From: a bacterium
Lineage (GTDB): Bacteria > Patescibacteriota > Saccharimonadia > Saccharimonadales > Saccharimonadaceae
Assembly (NCBI GenBank): GCA_021779755.1
Contig: JAJYAA010000001.1
Location: forward strand, 1 to 41,212
Length of the DNA: 41,212 bases
Direction of reading: 5' to 3'
Within the stretch, counting starts at the first letter, position 1, and the number at the start of each line of letters is the position of its first letter. The notes beneath the pieces are model-generated. The model was not told where the DNA came from. It did not search any database and worked only from the letters and a program-made list of their open reading frames with translations. Positions 8,462 through 18,264 of this stretch are shown here, piece after piece. A program made the translations under genes and the position numbers.

Positions 8462-10996
8462 TTACAGTTCGCCCCAGTTCTTGCCAATACTGACATCCAC
8501 CCGCAGACTAATGCCCAACTGTGGCGCAATGTTTTCCATCGTCGATTTAAGTAGTTCGGCGACTTTGTCAGCATTCTCGATTGGCGTCTCGACTAATATG
8601 CTGTCATGTATCTGCAAAATTTGCTCGCCCATACCGTCAAGCTTACGGTCAACTTCAATCATTGCCAACTTCATCAGATCAGCCTCAGTACCCTGCAGTG
8701 GCATGTTGGCCGCTGCGCGCTCGGCCGCCTGGCGAACCATAAAGTTGCTACTGTGAATGTCCGGCGTCGGCCGGCGACGACCAAAATACGTTTCCACATA
8801 ACCATCAATGCGGGCTCTATGCAGCGTCTGGTCTAGATACTCACGAATCGGTGCACGCAGTTCAAAATAACGGTCGATAAACTTTTTGGCTTCTGTAAAA
8901 CTCATGCCAGTCGCCGCGCTAAGTCCGTGAGGACTCATGCCATATAAAATACCGAAGTTAATTACCTTGGCATCACGTCGCTGACGCTTTGTCACATCGT
9001 CCATAGGTACGCCGTAAACCTCGCTGGCCGTCTTGGTGTGAATGTCCACGTCACCGTTAAAGTCATTGATCATTTCTTTGTCATCCGCTAGCACTGCAGC
9101 TAGACGCAGCTCAAATTGTGAATAATCGGCGCTCACAAAAACCTTATCGCCATCCGGCACAAATGCCGACCTGATTTGACGGCCCAATTCACTACGAATC
9201 GGTATATTCTGTAGGTTCGGGTTAGTGCTACTGAGCCGACCGGTGCTAGCAACGTCTTGGTTAAAAGTGGTGTGGATTCGATTATTAGAATCGACCAATT
9301 TTGGCAAGGCGTCAATATAGGTATTCTTGAGCTTCGCCAGTTCGCGCGTTCGCTCAATCAACTCAATAATCGGATGTTGGCCGCGTAGTTTATCAAGTTC
9401 TTTTTGACCAGTACTATACCCAGTTTTACCTTTCTTGATGCCGGCGGTCGGCAGTTGCAGCTTAGTAAATAACACTTCCGATAACTGGGCTGGGCTCGCA
9501 ATGTTAAACTCGTAACCCACCATCGAATACATTTCTTGTTCAAGCTTTGCATGTTCGCTCCCCAGAGAAATGCTCATCTTTGCCAGAATATCTGGATCAA
9601 TCCTCACTCCCCTATATTCCATCAGAAATAGAATGTACGTCAGCGGAAAATCGAAGCGATGAGCGATGTCGGCCAATTTAGGGTTGTCTCCAAAGGACAC
9701 CAATTGCAGTTCATAAATACTCCAAATTGCAGCTATAACCGCCGTTGGCTGATCCGTAACCTCGCTGCCCATCAGTCCAGTTAGCGAGCGGTCGCGTTGT
9801 AATGGGTTAATCAAGAATGCCGCTTGATGAATATCGTGGAGATCGCCGAAACGTACCAGCACACCCCTGTCGGCAAGCTGGTGATACAAGTTCTTGCTAT
9901 CATAACTAATTACCGTCGCTAACTCAAAAACCCGCCAGACGCTGCGATCCAGGCTGGCAATATCAGCTCTAGAGACAGTTTTATTATCCATCGATAACCA
10001 AATAGTGTCTTCGTCGACGTACAGAATGACCGGGCCATCAATACTAATAACGCTAGGCCAAGGCACTTCCTCGAGATTAGTAGTAGCGACCTGACTAGCT
10101 GTATCTGGCATGGTCGAGTGTGCCTGCATATGTCGTGGCAGGCGCCTGATCAGCGACGAGAACTCGAGACGTTTTAAGATGTCGGCGACTTTATCTAGAT
10201 CAATGTCATTAATATCAGCCACACCCCAGTCAAGCTTGACCGGTGCATCTACCCATATTCGTCCAACCTCTTTGCTTATGTAGGCCAGGTCCTTACCGGC
10301 AATGAGTTTCTTGGCAATAGTCGGCTTTATATCGTCCAAGTGGTCATATATATTATCCAGAGTTTGATACTGCTGCAGTAATTGTATAGCGGTTTTCTCA
10401 CCAATTCCGGGTACACCCGGCAGGTTATCTGATGAATCACCCTTGAGCGATTTTAGGTCCAAAAACTGTTCGACAGCTATGCCGTATTTCTTTTCAAAGT
10501 AATCAACATCGAACTCTTCGAGGTTCGATAGTCCGTTTTTTAGAGCGTAGACTTTAGTCAAAGGCCCCACTAGCTGTAGTGCGTCCAGATCGCTCGTCAG
10601 TAAGCATGTTTCAATCCCCTTTTCAGTTGCCTCTTTGGCAAATGCCCCCAGAATATCATCAGCCTCATAGTCGTCGAGTTCATAAAGCGGCCAGCCAAAC
10701 GCATCCAATAACTCAAATAAAATTGGCATTTGCGCATAAAAGTCATCGGGTGCTTTTTTACGACCAGCCTTGTACTCGGGATAGATCGCACGACGCTTGC
10801 GAATATTGGTGTCTTTTTTATCCCAGGCCACAGCCACATAGTCTGGTTCAAGCTTCTTGATAAGTTCAATGGCGAGTGAGGCGAAGCCGTAAACACCGCC
10901 AGTCGGCGTGCCGTCGCTAAGTGCCAGCCCGGGCATCGCATAATAACCGCGATAAAATACAGATTTGCCGTCAATAATCGCCAGTCGTTTAGTCAT
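8462..10996 (-). CDS. polA: DNA polymerase I
   Basis: 5'-nuclease N-terminus (LAIIDGKSVFYRGYYA), then polymerase motifs DYSQFELR, RRDAKVINFGILYG and QIHDSILVE. Start set at ATG-10996 (MTKRL...); the track start at 11014 is GTG. Confidence 0.95.
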   Translation of the reverse strand: MTKRLAIIDGKSVFYRGYYAMPGLALSDGTPTGGVYGFASLAIELIKKLEPDYVAVAWDKKDTNIRKRRAIYPEYKAGRKKAPDDFYAQMPILFELLDAFGWPLYELDDYEADDILGAFAKEATEKGIETCLLTSDLDALQLVGPLTKVYALKNGLSNLEEFDVDYFEKKYGIAVEQFLDLKSLKGDSSDNLPGVPGIGEKTAIQLLQQYQTLDNIYDHLDDIKPTIAKKLIAGKDLAYISKEVGRIWVDAPVKLDWGVADINDIDLDKVADILKRLEFSSLIRRLPRHMQAHSTMPDTASQVATTNLEEVPWPSVISIDGPVILYVDEDTIWLSMDNKTVSRADIASLDRSVWRVFELATVISYDSKNLYHQLADRGVLVRFGDLHDIHQAAFLINPLQRDRSLTGLMGSEVTDQPTAVIAAIWSIYELQLVSFGDNPKLADIAHRFDFPLTYILFLMEYRGVRIDPDILAKMSISLGSEHAKLEQEMYSMVGYEFNIASPAQLSEVLFTKLQLPTAGIKKGKTGYSTGQKELDKLRGQHPIIELIERTRELAKLKNTYIDALPKLVDSNNRIHTTFNQDVASTGRLSSTNPNLQNIPIRSELGRQIRSAFVPDGDKVFVSADYSQFELRLAAVLADDKEMINDFNGDVDIHTKTASEVYGVPMDDVTKRQRRDAKVINFGILYGMSPHGLSAATGMSFTEAKKFIDRYFELRAPIREYLDQTLHRARIDGYVETYFGRRRPTPDIHSSNFMVRQAAERAAANMPLQGTEADLMKLAMIEVDRKLDGMGEQILQIHDSILVETPIENADKVAELLKSTMENIAPQLGISLRVDVSIGKNWGEL

Positions 10997-11002
10997 GATA
11001 CC

Positions 11003-11008
11003 AGTATA
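11003..11008 (-). promoter_or_regulatory. -10 box TATACT, 6 nt upstream of polA ATG-10996
   Basis: Minus strand reads TATACT-ggtatc-ATG. Confidence 0.4.
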
Positions 11009-11054
11009 GCGCACCCCTGCAGATAACTACTACTGCGCGATGCGCACGATACTC

Positions 11055-11063
11055 TGCTAAACT
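11055..11063 (+). promoter_or_regulatory. extended -10 TGCTAAACT, 6 nt upstream of ATG-11070
   Basis: Plus strand reads TGC TAAACT ataaga ATG. No SD. Confidence 0.35.
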
Positions 11064-11069
11064 ATAAGA

Positions 11070-11639
11070 ATGAGTTATCATGAAAACATAAAAATAGTCG
11101 CATTCGTCGGACTTTCCGGATCTGGTAAAACATCTGCAGTTGACTATATGACAAACAAGGGATACCCAAAAGTATATGGCGGCAGAGTCCTATATGCTGC
11201 CATGGCAGCAGCTGGTATAGAGCGCACTCAAGAGAACGAGAATAGATTTAGACTAGAATCACGCGAACAAGAGGGAGCGGATTATATTGCGGTTCGAATA
11301 GATAAGGAAATTAATGATCTCATTAACGCTGGTCAGCGTCGCATTATAGTTGATGGCCTGTATTCGTGGGACGAGTACAAAACTATGAAGCGAGACTTTC
11401 CAGGTGAAATGAATGTTATCGCCATCGTAGCGCCTAAACACATCCGCCATCACCGTTTACTTACTCGCCCCGAACGGCCATTAACCGAGGCAGAGGCTAA
11501 TGAACGTGACTGGCGAGAAATTGAAGATATCCAAAAAGGCGGACCAATCGCAATCGCCGATCACTTTGTCATCAACGATAAAGACCGCAATAACTTAACT
11601 ATGCAGATTGATAAAATTATGGAATCAATTAATTTTTAG
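11070..11639 (+). CDS. P-loop nucleotide kinase family protein (UPF0200 / dephospho-CoA-kinase-like)
   Basis: Walker A GLSGSGKT. The overall layout (VDGLYSWDEY..., ERDWREIE..., IAIADHFVINDKD) resembles the archaeal UPF0200 small kinases as I remember them. Confidence 0.65.
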   Translation: MSYHENIKIVAFVGLSGSGKTSAVDYMTNKGYPKVYGGRVLYAAMAAAGIERTQENENRFRLESREQEGADYIAVRIDKEINDLINAGQRRIIVDGLYSWDEYKTMKRDFPGEMNVIAIVAPKHIRHHRLLTRPERPLTEAEANERDWREIEDIQKGGPIAIADHFVINDKDRNNLTMQIDKIMESINF

Positions 11640-11656
11640 CATTATTGACCAATTTT

Positions 11657-11681
11657 AAAAACGCCCCGTTGGGGCGTTTTT
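11657..11681. terminator. bidirectional rho-independent terminator
   Basis: aaaaacgcccc-gtt-ggggcgttttt, between the convergent kinase gene and rpoD. Confidence 0.75.
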
Positions 11682-11687
11682 AAAGCC

Positions 11688-12701
11688 TTAGCCTAAGTAT
11701 TCGTGCAATTTCTTGGCGTCTTTATGCTTGCGCAACTTGGCCAGTGCTTTGGCTTCAATTTGACGGATACGTTCACGCGTAACTGCAAATTCTTGGCCAA
11801 CCTCCTCTAATGTGTGCGACTTGCCGTTTTCTAGTCCAAAACGCATTTTGACGATCTTTTGTTCACGATCGCTTAGTGTCGATAGGATAGCTTGAACTTG
11901 TTCTTTGAGCAACTGCGAAGTGGCTGACTCTTCCGGCGTTGTACCGTCTTCGTCTTCGATAAAGTCCTGCAGGATTGAGTCGTCCTCTTCACCGTCACGA
12001 CCAACACCAGCATCAAGTGATGTAATATCCTGCTTGATCTTGATAACATATTCAACCTTGTCTGGTTCCATCTCGAGTTCTTTGGCCAGTTCTTCAATAG
12101 TTGGCTCGCGGTTGAGTTCCTGTGTCATGCGTCGCTGAGTACGTAGTAACTTGTTGATAGTTTCAACCATATGTACCGGAATACGAATCGTACGGGCCTG
12201 GTCGGCAATTGCACGCGTAATAGCCTGGCGAATCCACCAAGTAGCATAGGTGCTAAACTTAAATCCCTTGTCTGGATCGAATTTCTCGACAGCACGCAAC
12301 AAGCCAGTATTGCCCTCTTGGATTAAGTCTAAAAAGTCGAGTCCGCGACCGCTATAGCGCTTGGCGATCGAGACCACCAGGCGCATATTAGCTTCGGCCA
12401 TCTTGTCTTTGGCTTTCTTGTCACCGGCAACGACGCGATGAGCTAGCGCTAACTCTTCTTCTGAATTTAAAAGTGGTATTTTACCAATCTCACGTAAATA
12501 CAATCGAACGCTGTCGTCACTAGCATCATCAAAGTATTGACCCTGGCTCAGAACATCTTCGTCGCTGTCTTCTTCATCCTCTAATTCTTCGAGAGCTGGT
12601 TCGTCGATGTCAGACAATGGTGCGACAATATCCCCGATGATGATATCATCGTTGGCCGCTGCCTCATCATCAATAATGTCGTCTGTTTTATCTTTGACCA
12701 C
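11688..12701 (-). CDS. rpoD: RNA polymerase primary sigma factor (sigma-70 family)
   Basis: Acidic N-terminus, then [15 protein letters not shown], region 2 [16 protein letters not shown] and region 4 [23 protein letters not shown] start with SD AAGGAG 7 nt upstream. Confidence 0.9.
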   Translation of the reverse strand: MVKDKTDDIIDDEAAANDDIIIGDIVAPLSDIDEPALEELEDEEDSDEDVLSQGQYFDDASDDSVRLYLREIGKIPLLNSEEELALAHRVVAGDKKAKDKMAEANMRLVVSIAKRYSGRGLDFLDLIQEGNTGLLRAVEKFDPDKGFKFSTYATWWIRQAITRAIADQARTIRIPVHMVETINKLLRTQRRMTQELNREPTIEELAKELEMEPDKVEYVIKIKQDITSLDAGVGRDGEEDDSILQDFIEDEDGTTPEESATSQLLKEQVQAILSTLSDREQKIVKMRFGLENGKSHTLEEVGQEFAVTRERIRQIEAKALAKLRKHKDAKKLHEYLG

Positions 12702-14436
12702 TTTGTATCTCCTTAATAAGATTATTTATTTGGCCACGAATTTCGGCCGCTCTGGTGTCATCACCCAAAGCCTCGGCCTCACGTAACTGTTCAGTTAATA
12801 TATCCTTTTGTTTTTTCTTGTATTCTTTGGCAACCTGGCGGAGCAATCGAGCCGTTTCAAAGTAACGATCTTGATCGTTCCAATCGGCATAGCGAGCGTC
12901 GGCCTTTAATAGTAGTATTTTTACATAGGTGTCGTAATTTTGCAAGTCAACTGGCGTATCCTTGACAGCCCGGCCACCTTGCTCTGCTAAATATTTAGCC
13001 ACCGCTTGCCTTTCGGGTCCAATAAACGTCTCTAGGTCAACTTCACGAAACAAATCATGCGTCGCGCCATCAATCAAAGCCGCTGCCAACAGATTGTCTT
13101 GATATATCAATGAATCCTGCTCGATAACTGGCTGGTGCGCAATTCGACGTAGCGGTTGCTCGCTCGGTCCGTCGCCAGATGCCAGTTTGCTCTTGAGCAC
13201 CTCTAGCGATGAGTTGGTATAAGCAGCAATCTTTTGTAAATAATGTTCCTGCTCGACCGCGTCACGCAGCGCCCTAATGACATTCAGTGCTTGCGTCGTG
13301 AAGCTCTTTTTGCCAGCCGCCGATGACAAATCTTCCCTCAGTGAGTATTGTTTTAACACCCAGTCAACCACTGGCTTGGCATCATTAATTGCCTTTTGCC
13401 AAAGCTGTTCATCCTGTTTGATTAGCTCATCGGGATCCTTTGCGTTATCAGGTAACGAGATGATCGTTAAATCAATTCCAACTGCTTGGGCAATCGGTAT
13501 TGCCCGCTCAGTAGCCGCTAGCCCAGCCTTGTCGCCATCGAACGCCAGTCTAGCATGTCCGCTCAAACGCACCAGAGCACGCAGATGATGCTCGGTCATC
13601 GCCGTACCGGCTGTTGCAACGACCTGAGTTATACCGACCTGGTGACTGCTAATAACATCCAAATTACCTTCAACAATCACAGCGTAATCGTTGTTGCGGA
13701 TCGCCTCTTTGGCCTGAGACAGACCGAACACATGACGACCTTTATCATAAAGTAGGGTTTGTGGTGTATTTAGGTATTTTGGCGCCTGTGGGTCGTCAAC
13801 AATAATCCTGGCCGTAAAGCCAATTACCTGACCGACACCATCCATTAATGGCACCATCATACGGCCGCGGAACATGTCGCCACCATAACGATTCACTAAG
13901 CCGGCTTGCGATAATTCCTGCGGGCTAAAGCCTTTTTTTGATAGAAACTGCGTTAAGGCATCGCCGCTCGTTGGCGCATAACCAATCCGAAAATCTTGCA
14001 CAATGCGCTTGCTCAAACCGCGTTTCTTAAAAACATAATCGATTGCATGCTGATTATTAATCAAGCAATGTTGGTAATAATTGGCCGCTAGGTCGTTGGC
14101 CTCGAGCAATCGTTTCTTGCGTTTGGCAATCTCTTGACTACCTTTTGTGTCATATATCGACAAGTCAACGCCCGCCTTACGCGCCAGGTGTTCAAGTGCT
14201 TGACGAAAGTCCATCCCCTCGACTTCCATAACAAATGTAAAGACGTCGCCACCCTTATTAGACGAGAAATCATGCCAAATGTGTTTATCGGGACTAACAT
14301 AAAAACTTGGTGTCTTTTCGCCGCTAAATGGGCTTAGGCCCTTGAAATTTCGACCGGCACGCTTAAGCTGAACGTATTCGCCAATCACATCCTCGATATT
14401 CAGTCGAGCCCGTACTTCCTCTTTTGCGTCCTGCAT
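12688..14436 (-). CDS. dnaG: DNA primase
   Basis: N-terminal primase zinc-ribbon-like segment ([10 protein letters not shown]...GGD), RNA polymerase core, and TOPRIM ([20 protein letters not shown]). It overlaps rpoD by 14 nt (dnaG-rpoD operon). Confidence 0.9.
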   Translation of the reverse strand: MQDAKEEVRARLNIEDVIGEYVQLKRAGRNFKGLSPFSGEKTPSFYVSPDKHIWHDFSSNKGGDVFTFVMEVEGMDFRQALEHLARKAGVDLSIYDTKGSQEIAKRKKRLLEANDLAANYYQHCLINNQHAIDYVFKKRGLSKRIVQDFRIGYAPTSGDALTQFLSKKGFSPQELSQAGLVNRYGGDMFRGRMMVPLMDGVGQVIGFTARIIVDDPQAPKYLNTPQTLLYDKGRHVFGLSQAKEAIRNNDYAVIVEGNLDVISSHQVGITQVVATAGTAMTEHHLRALVRLSGHARLAFDGDKAGLAATERAIPIAQAVGIDLTIISLPDNAKDPDELIKQDEQLWQKAINDAKPVVDWVLKQYSLREDLSSAAGKKSFTTQALNVIRALRDAVEQEHYLQKIAAYTNSSLEVLKSKLASGDGPSEQPLRRIAHQPVIEQDSLIYQDNLLAAALIDGATHDLFREVDLETFIGPERQAVAKYLAEQGGRAVKDTPVDLQNYDTYVKILLLKADARYADWNDQDRYFETARLLRQVAKEYKKKQKDILTEQLREAEALGDDTRAAEIRGQINNLIKEIQSGQR

Positions 14437-14442
14437 GCTTTT

Positions 14443-14451
14443 AGTATACCA
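14443..14451 (-). promoter_or_regulatory. extended -10 TGGTATACT, 6 nt upstream of dnaG ATG
   Basis: Minus strand reads TGG TATACT aaaagc ATG(14436). Confidence 0.45.
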
Positions 14452-14494
14452 TTTCTTTACCTCTGTTAGTGTTTGTGCTTAAATAGCAATAGCT

Positions 14495-15109
14495 ATGAAT
14501 CCAAATCAACCAAACGCACCCCTCTCGGTCGACTATCTTAACCAGATTACACCAAAGGCCCCGAAGAAACGCTTACTCGGCAATAGGCAGTTTATGCTAG
14601 CGGGTATTATTGGTGGTGTTCTGCTGTTATTGATTATCGTATCGATCGTAAACTCCGCTCTCGGTTCATCAAAAGATCCAATTCAACGGCTAGCTGCACG
14701 CCTGCAGACAACCGCAACAATTGCTAGCGACGCCCAGAGTAAACTTAAGAGCACCGAGCTACGTAGCCTCAACAGCACCCTCAGTATCAATCTTACAAAT
14801 ACTAATCGCGACATTGTTTCTCAGCTAGCTAAACAAAATCTGAGCCTAAAAACCCTAGACAAGACTATAGTCGCTAGCGAGGACGGTTCGGCAATGACAA
14901 AGCGCCTAGAGGACGCGCGCCTGAATGCAATTTACGACCGCACCTACGCGCGCGAGATGTCATACCAACTCGAGACAATTGCGGCCTTAATCGACCAGAT
15001 TCAAGCATCAACTAGCGACAAGGACTTAAAGGCCTTCTTGCAAACCACCACCGACAACCTACAACCTACTCAGAAAGCCTTTTCAGACTTTAATGCCGCC
15101 AATGGCTAA
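14495..15109 (+). CDS. membrane-anchored hypothetical protein
   Basis: Single TM helix FMLAGIIGGVLLLLIIVSIV followed by a helical Ser/Thr/Leu-rich domain. No family recognised. Confidence 0.6.
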   Translation: MNPNQPNAPLSVDYLNQITPKAPKKRLLGNRQFMLAGIIGGVLLLLIIVSIVNSALGSSKDPIQRLAARLQTTATIASDAQSKLKSTELRSLNSTLSINLTNTNRDIVSQLAKQNLSLKTLDKTIVASEDGSAMTKRLEDARLNAIYDRTYAREMSYQLETIAALIDQIQASTSDKDLKAFLQTTTDNLQPTQKAFSDFNAANG

Positions 15110-15453
15110 TCCTTGACGGTACCAACCGCCAAATTATAGCTCATTTGGATCAGGCTACGCAGCTCATCGTCTGGTACCTGACCGGTCAACAGAATTGTAT
15201 TCCAATGCTTTTTGCTCAAATGATAACCGGGCAAGACCGTTTCATAGACTTCTCGCAGGCGCTCCGATAACAATGGATCGCACTTCAAACTCAGACGTAG
15301 AGGTTTGGCCTCATCGGCAATCAGAGCGAACATCTTGCCGCCACCAGCTTCGCTGTGACCGACTTTATAAACTGACGTGTCCCCACCAAACGGAAAGTCT
15401 AGCCAGCTGTTTGGAAAAGTTAGCATGTAATCGTGTAGTTCTTTATGCGTCAT
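15106..15453 (-). CDS. MmcQ/YjbR family DNA-binding protein
   Basis: FPFGGDTSVYKV, KMFALI, LSLKCDP, PGYHLSKKHWNT. ATGA overlap with the orn stop. Confidence 0.75.
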   Translation of the reverse strand: MTHKELHDYMLTFPNSWLDFPFGGDTSVYKVGHSEAGGGKMFALIADEAKPLRLSLKCDPLLSERLREVYETVLPGYHLSKKHWNTILLTGQVPDDELRSLIQMSYNLAVGTVKD

Positions 15454-16007
15454 GACTTTATTTTACTCAAATAATATTGAAGTTCCATAATACTGCCCCG
15501 TATATCGCCAAGCGCTCGGTGGTCCTGGGGTTTAGCAAACTTCTTTTTATACTTACCTTCAAAAACAACTTTCCAGGCGCTAACGTCTAGCATTCTGTAG
15601 TGCAGTTTAGCTTCAACCCGCGGCCACTGCGCACTAATAAAGCGACGATCCATGTGAATTGAATTACCAGCTAGCAAGACTGGCTGGTCAGCCACAAAAT
15701 GCTTGTTAATAAACGCAACAAGCTGTGTTTCGGCCTTTTTCTGACTCATATCACTCTCGCGTGAACGTTCGGTTAACCCGCTAGCACCGTGTTGGTCGAT
15801 GCACCACGGATTCATGTTCTCCAGCACCTCGTCAGACTGATGAATAACCGTCTCGTACGTAGCGATTTCATTAAACTTCCAGTCAGTTACAATTGCCGCT
15901 ACCTCTAAAATAACGTCTTTATCCTCGTCAAGTCCGGTCATCTCTAAGTCTACCCACAAAATACGATTAGCAGATGCTTCAGCTGCCATTGGCTTGCTTT
16001 CGGCCAT
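15450..16007 (-). CDS. orn: oligoribonuclease
   Basis: DEDDh exonuclease motifs ILWVDLEMTGLD, ...NSIHMDRRF, ...HRALGDI. Start set at ATG-16007 (ATGA overlap with the mscL stop); the track start at 16010 is TTG. Confidence 0.85.
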   Translation of the reverse strand: MAESKPMAAEASANRILWVDLEMTGLDEDKDVILEVAAIVTDWKFNEIATYETVIHQSDEVLENMNPWCIDQHGASGLTERSRESDMSQKKAETQLVAFINKHFVADQPVLLAGNSIHMDRRFISAQWPRVEAKLHYRMLDVSAWKVVFEGKYKKKFAKPQDHRALGDIRGSIMELQYYLSKIKS

Positions 16008-16471
16008 CAATCCTCCTTCTTTTTATCGATGCGGTCTAGGCGCGCGATTTTAACTAACCAGTAAATCACCAGAGCCGTCGCCAATAGTGTAATCAGCGAC
16101 GATAAAATCGCACCCCAGCTCAGCACCAGACCACCTTTACCGTTTAATCCAGGTCCAACAACTACCCATTTCAGTTGTGCTAGATCAATTCCACCGATCA
16201 AGAAACCGACAATTGGGTTAATGAAGCCGTCGACAATTTGCTTAACCGATGCGCCGGCCGCCGTACCAAGTGCCAAACCAACTGCTAGCCCGACAACGCC
16301 CTGTTCTCGAATAAAGTCCAGATATCCGCCGATATGCGACTTGCCTACTTTGACGATATCCTTACCATGTAGCTTTGACGCAGCAATTTCTTTCACGACA
16401 GCCGCCCTCTCGGCACGACTTAACTTTGCGAGTACACTTGTTTTTTTATCTGCTTTTTTAGATGCTACCAT
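16007..16471 (-). CDS. mscL: large-conductance mechanosensitive channel with ~45-aa basic N-terminal extension
   Basis: YLDFIREQGVVGLAVGLALGTAAG...FINPIVG is the MscL TM1 signature. SD AGGAG lies 6 nt upstream of ATG-16471. Confidence 0.85.
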   Translation of the reverse strand: MVASKKADKKTSVLAKLSRAERAAVVKEIAASKLHGKDIVKVGKSHIGGYLDFIREQGVVGLAVGLALGTAAGASVKQIVDGFINPIVGFLIGGIDLAQLKWVVVGPGLNGKGGLVLSWGAILSSLITLLATALVIYWLVKIARLDRIDKKKED

Positions 16472-16493
16472 AATAATCTCCTAACCATTACGA

Positions 16494-18173
16494 TTACATT
16501 TGACTCGGCACCTCAATACCCAATAGGCCAAGGCCGTGTTCAAAAACTTGGCTGACTTTGCGCAGCAATCCGAGGCGCGCCTGTCGTTCGCTGGCGTGTG
16601 ATTCATCAATTCGCGTCGTTTCATAATAGCGATTTAGCTCACGCGCCAGTTCATACAGGTAAGTGGCAACTTTATGGGGTTCCAGATCACGTGCCGCTAG
16701 CTGCACTACCTCTGGGTAATCTAGCAGTTTCGCGATCACTACTTTTTCTGATGCGTAATCGTAGTCTGACGCGTCGCCATCACCAGCTGCAATATCCTGC
16801 AAGATTTTATTAACACGCACAGCAGCATACTGTACGTACGGCCCACTAAATCCAGTTAGTGCAAATATACTATCCCAGTCAAATAAAATATTTGTTCGGC
16901 GGTCTGACGTAAAGTCACTAAACTTAATCGCACCGAGCGCAATTTTAGTAATATCATCGTCTGATACGGCTCGTTCGCCAACGACCTGTCGCGCCTTTAC
17001 CTCGGCTTTATCAAGTAGCTCTTCCATTAGCACTACACCCTTGCGACTGCTCATCTTTTCGCGCGTACCGTCGTCGTTCTTCTGATCAATCGTGCCAAAC
17101 CACAGGTGATAAAGGTCGGTTTTGATACCAAGTTTCTTGGCCATAGCAAATAGCTGTGTGAAATAAAATTGTTGTTCAGCGCCAACGCAATAAATTACCT
17201 TGTCAGGATGCCAATTCTCTTCGCGGTACAAAATAGTTGCTAAATCAGTTGTCGCATAAAGCGCCGCACCATTACTTTTTTGAACCAACAGCGGCACCTC
17301 AAAACCATATTCCTCAAGTGGCACAATGATTGAGTTATCGTCATTTTTAATCGCCACGCCATCATCAAGCAAGCGCTGCACAGCCTCCTTGCCACGAGCC
17401 GCAAAGAAGGCTTCGCCCAATTCGTAGTCGGTCGAGATTTTGAGTCGATCCATAACACGATGGATATGTTCGAGTGAAATCTTGTTAAAGCGCAAACTAA
17501 AATCTTTGGCTTGCTCATCACCCTGCTCTAACTTGATTAGCCAATCCTGGACTTCATCAGCTAGGGCTGTTTCACCGCGTCCTTGTTCATCCTTGAGGGC
17601 TTTTTTTGTAACAATATAAACCCGGCCAAGCTCATAAACACCGTCTTTGACGAGTGCTTCTTCGCTACTAAAATGCAAAAAGCCGGTAACCCAAATACCA
17701 AACGGTGCGCCGTAATCACCCAAGTGATTGTCAGTAATAACCTTCCAGCCAGTCACTTCCATCAGGCGCTTAACGGCCCAGCCTTGATTACCGGGGCGCA
17801 GGTGACCAACGCTGTACGGTTTGGCCATATTCGGACTTGGGTATTCAACAACCACGGTCTTGCCGTTGCCACTGTTGCTTGAACCATAGTTGTCGCTCCA
17901 TGCCGACTGCAGCGAATCAGCCAAATATTTAGCGGAAACACGCAGGTTAATAAAACCCGGGCCAGCTACTTCAGCTGTAATAGAGCCATCGGACTTCCGT
18001 AATTCGTCGGCAATCTTTTCGGCAATAATTCTAGGGCTCATACCAAGCTGACTAGCTAGGCCAAGCGCCACGTTTGTCGCATAATCACCGAACACCGGAT
18101 TAGGGCGCGTCAAATGCACGACCGCCTCTACGGCAAATAACTTGTTAACTATTTGAGAAATTCTTGAATCCAT
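16494..18173 (-). CDS. argS: arginine--tRNA ligase
   Basis: Class I HIGH-like element PNMAKPYSVGHLR, MSSRKG (KMSK-like), and a DALR anticodon-binding C-terminus. 559 aa. Confidence 0.95.
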   Translation of the reverse strand: MDSRISQIVNKLFAVEAVVHLTRPNPVFGDYATNVALGLASQLGMSPRIIAEKIADELRKSDGSITAEVAGPGFINLRVSAKYLADSLQSAWSDNYGSSNSGNGKTVVVEYPSPNMAKPYSVGHLRPGNQGWAVKRLMEVTGWKVITDNHLGDYGAPFGIWVTGFLHFSSEEALVKDGVYELGRVYIVTKKALKDEQGRGETALADEVQDWLIKLEQGDEQAKDFSLRFNKISLEHIHRVMDRLKISTDYELGEAFFAARGKEAVQRLLDDGVAIKNDDNSIIVPLEEYGFEVPLLVQKSNGAALYATTDLATILYREENWHPDKVIYCVGAEQQFYFTQLFAMAKKLGIKTDLYHLWFGTIDQKNDDGTREKMSSRKGVVLMEELLDKAEVKARQVVGERAVSDDDITKIALGAIKFSDFTSDRRTNILFDWDSIFALTGFSGPYVQYAAVRVNKILQDIAAGDGDASDYDYASEKVVIAKLLDYPEVVQLAARDLEPHKVATYLYELARELNRYYETTRIDESHASERQARLGLLRKVSQVFEHGLGLLGIEVPSQM

Positions 18174-18180
18174 TAGTTAA

Positions 18181-18189
18181 ATTATACCA
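18181..18189 (-). promoter_or_regulatory. extended -10 TGGTATAAT, 7 nt upstream of argS ATG
   Basis: Minus strand reads TGG TATAAT ttaacta ATG(18173). No SD. Confidence 0.5.
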
Positions 18190-18264
18190 GTCATACCTTA
18201 AAACTGGTATTACTAGTAGGTTGTACGAATTATTTAGTCCAAAATCACGTATAATTAATAGTGA

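Noticed and set aside
9750-10100. Whether the PolA 3'-5' exonuclease domain is inactive.
   Set aside because: I could not align the Exo I, II and III motifs confidently by eye (for example VDEDTIWL and ISYDSKNLY), so I make no claim either way.
18184-18210. Hairpin ATACCAGT-N11-ACTGGTAT upstream of argS as a possible T-box or attenuator.
   Set aside because: It is only an 8-bp stem with no specifier or antiterminator elements. Its right arm contributes the TGG of the extended -10 that sits 7 nt from the ATG, so there is no leader in which a riboswitch could act.
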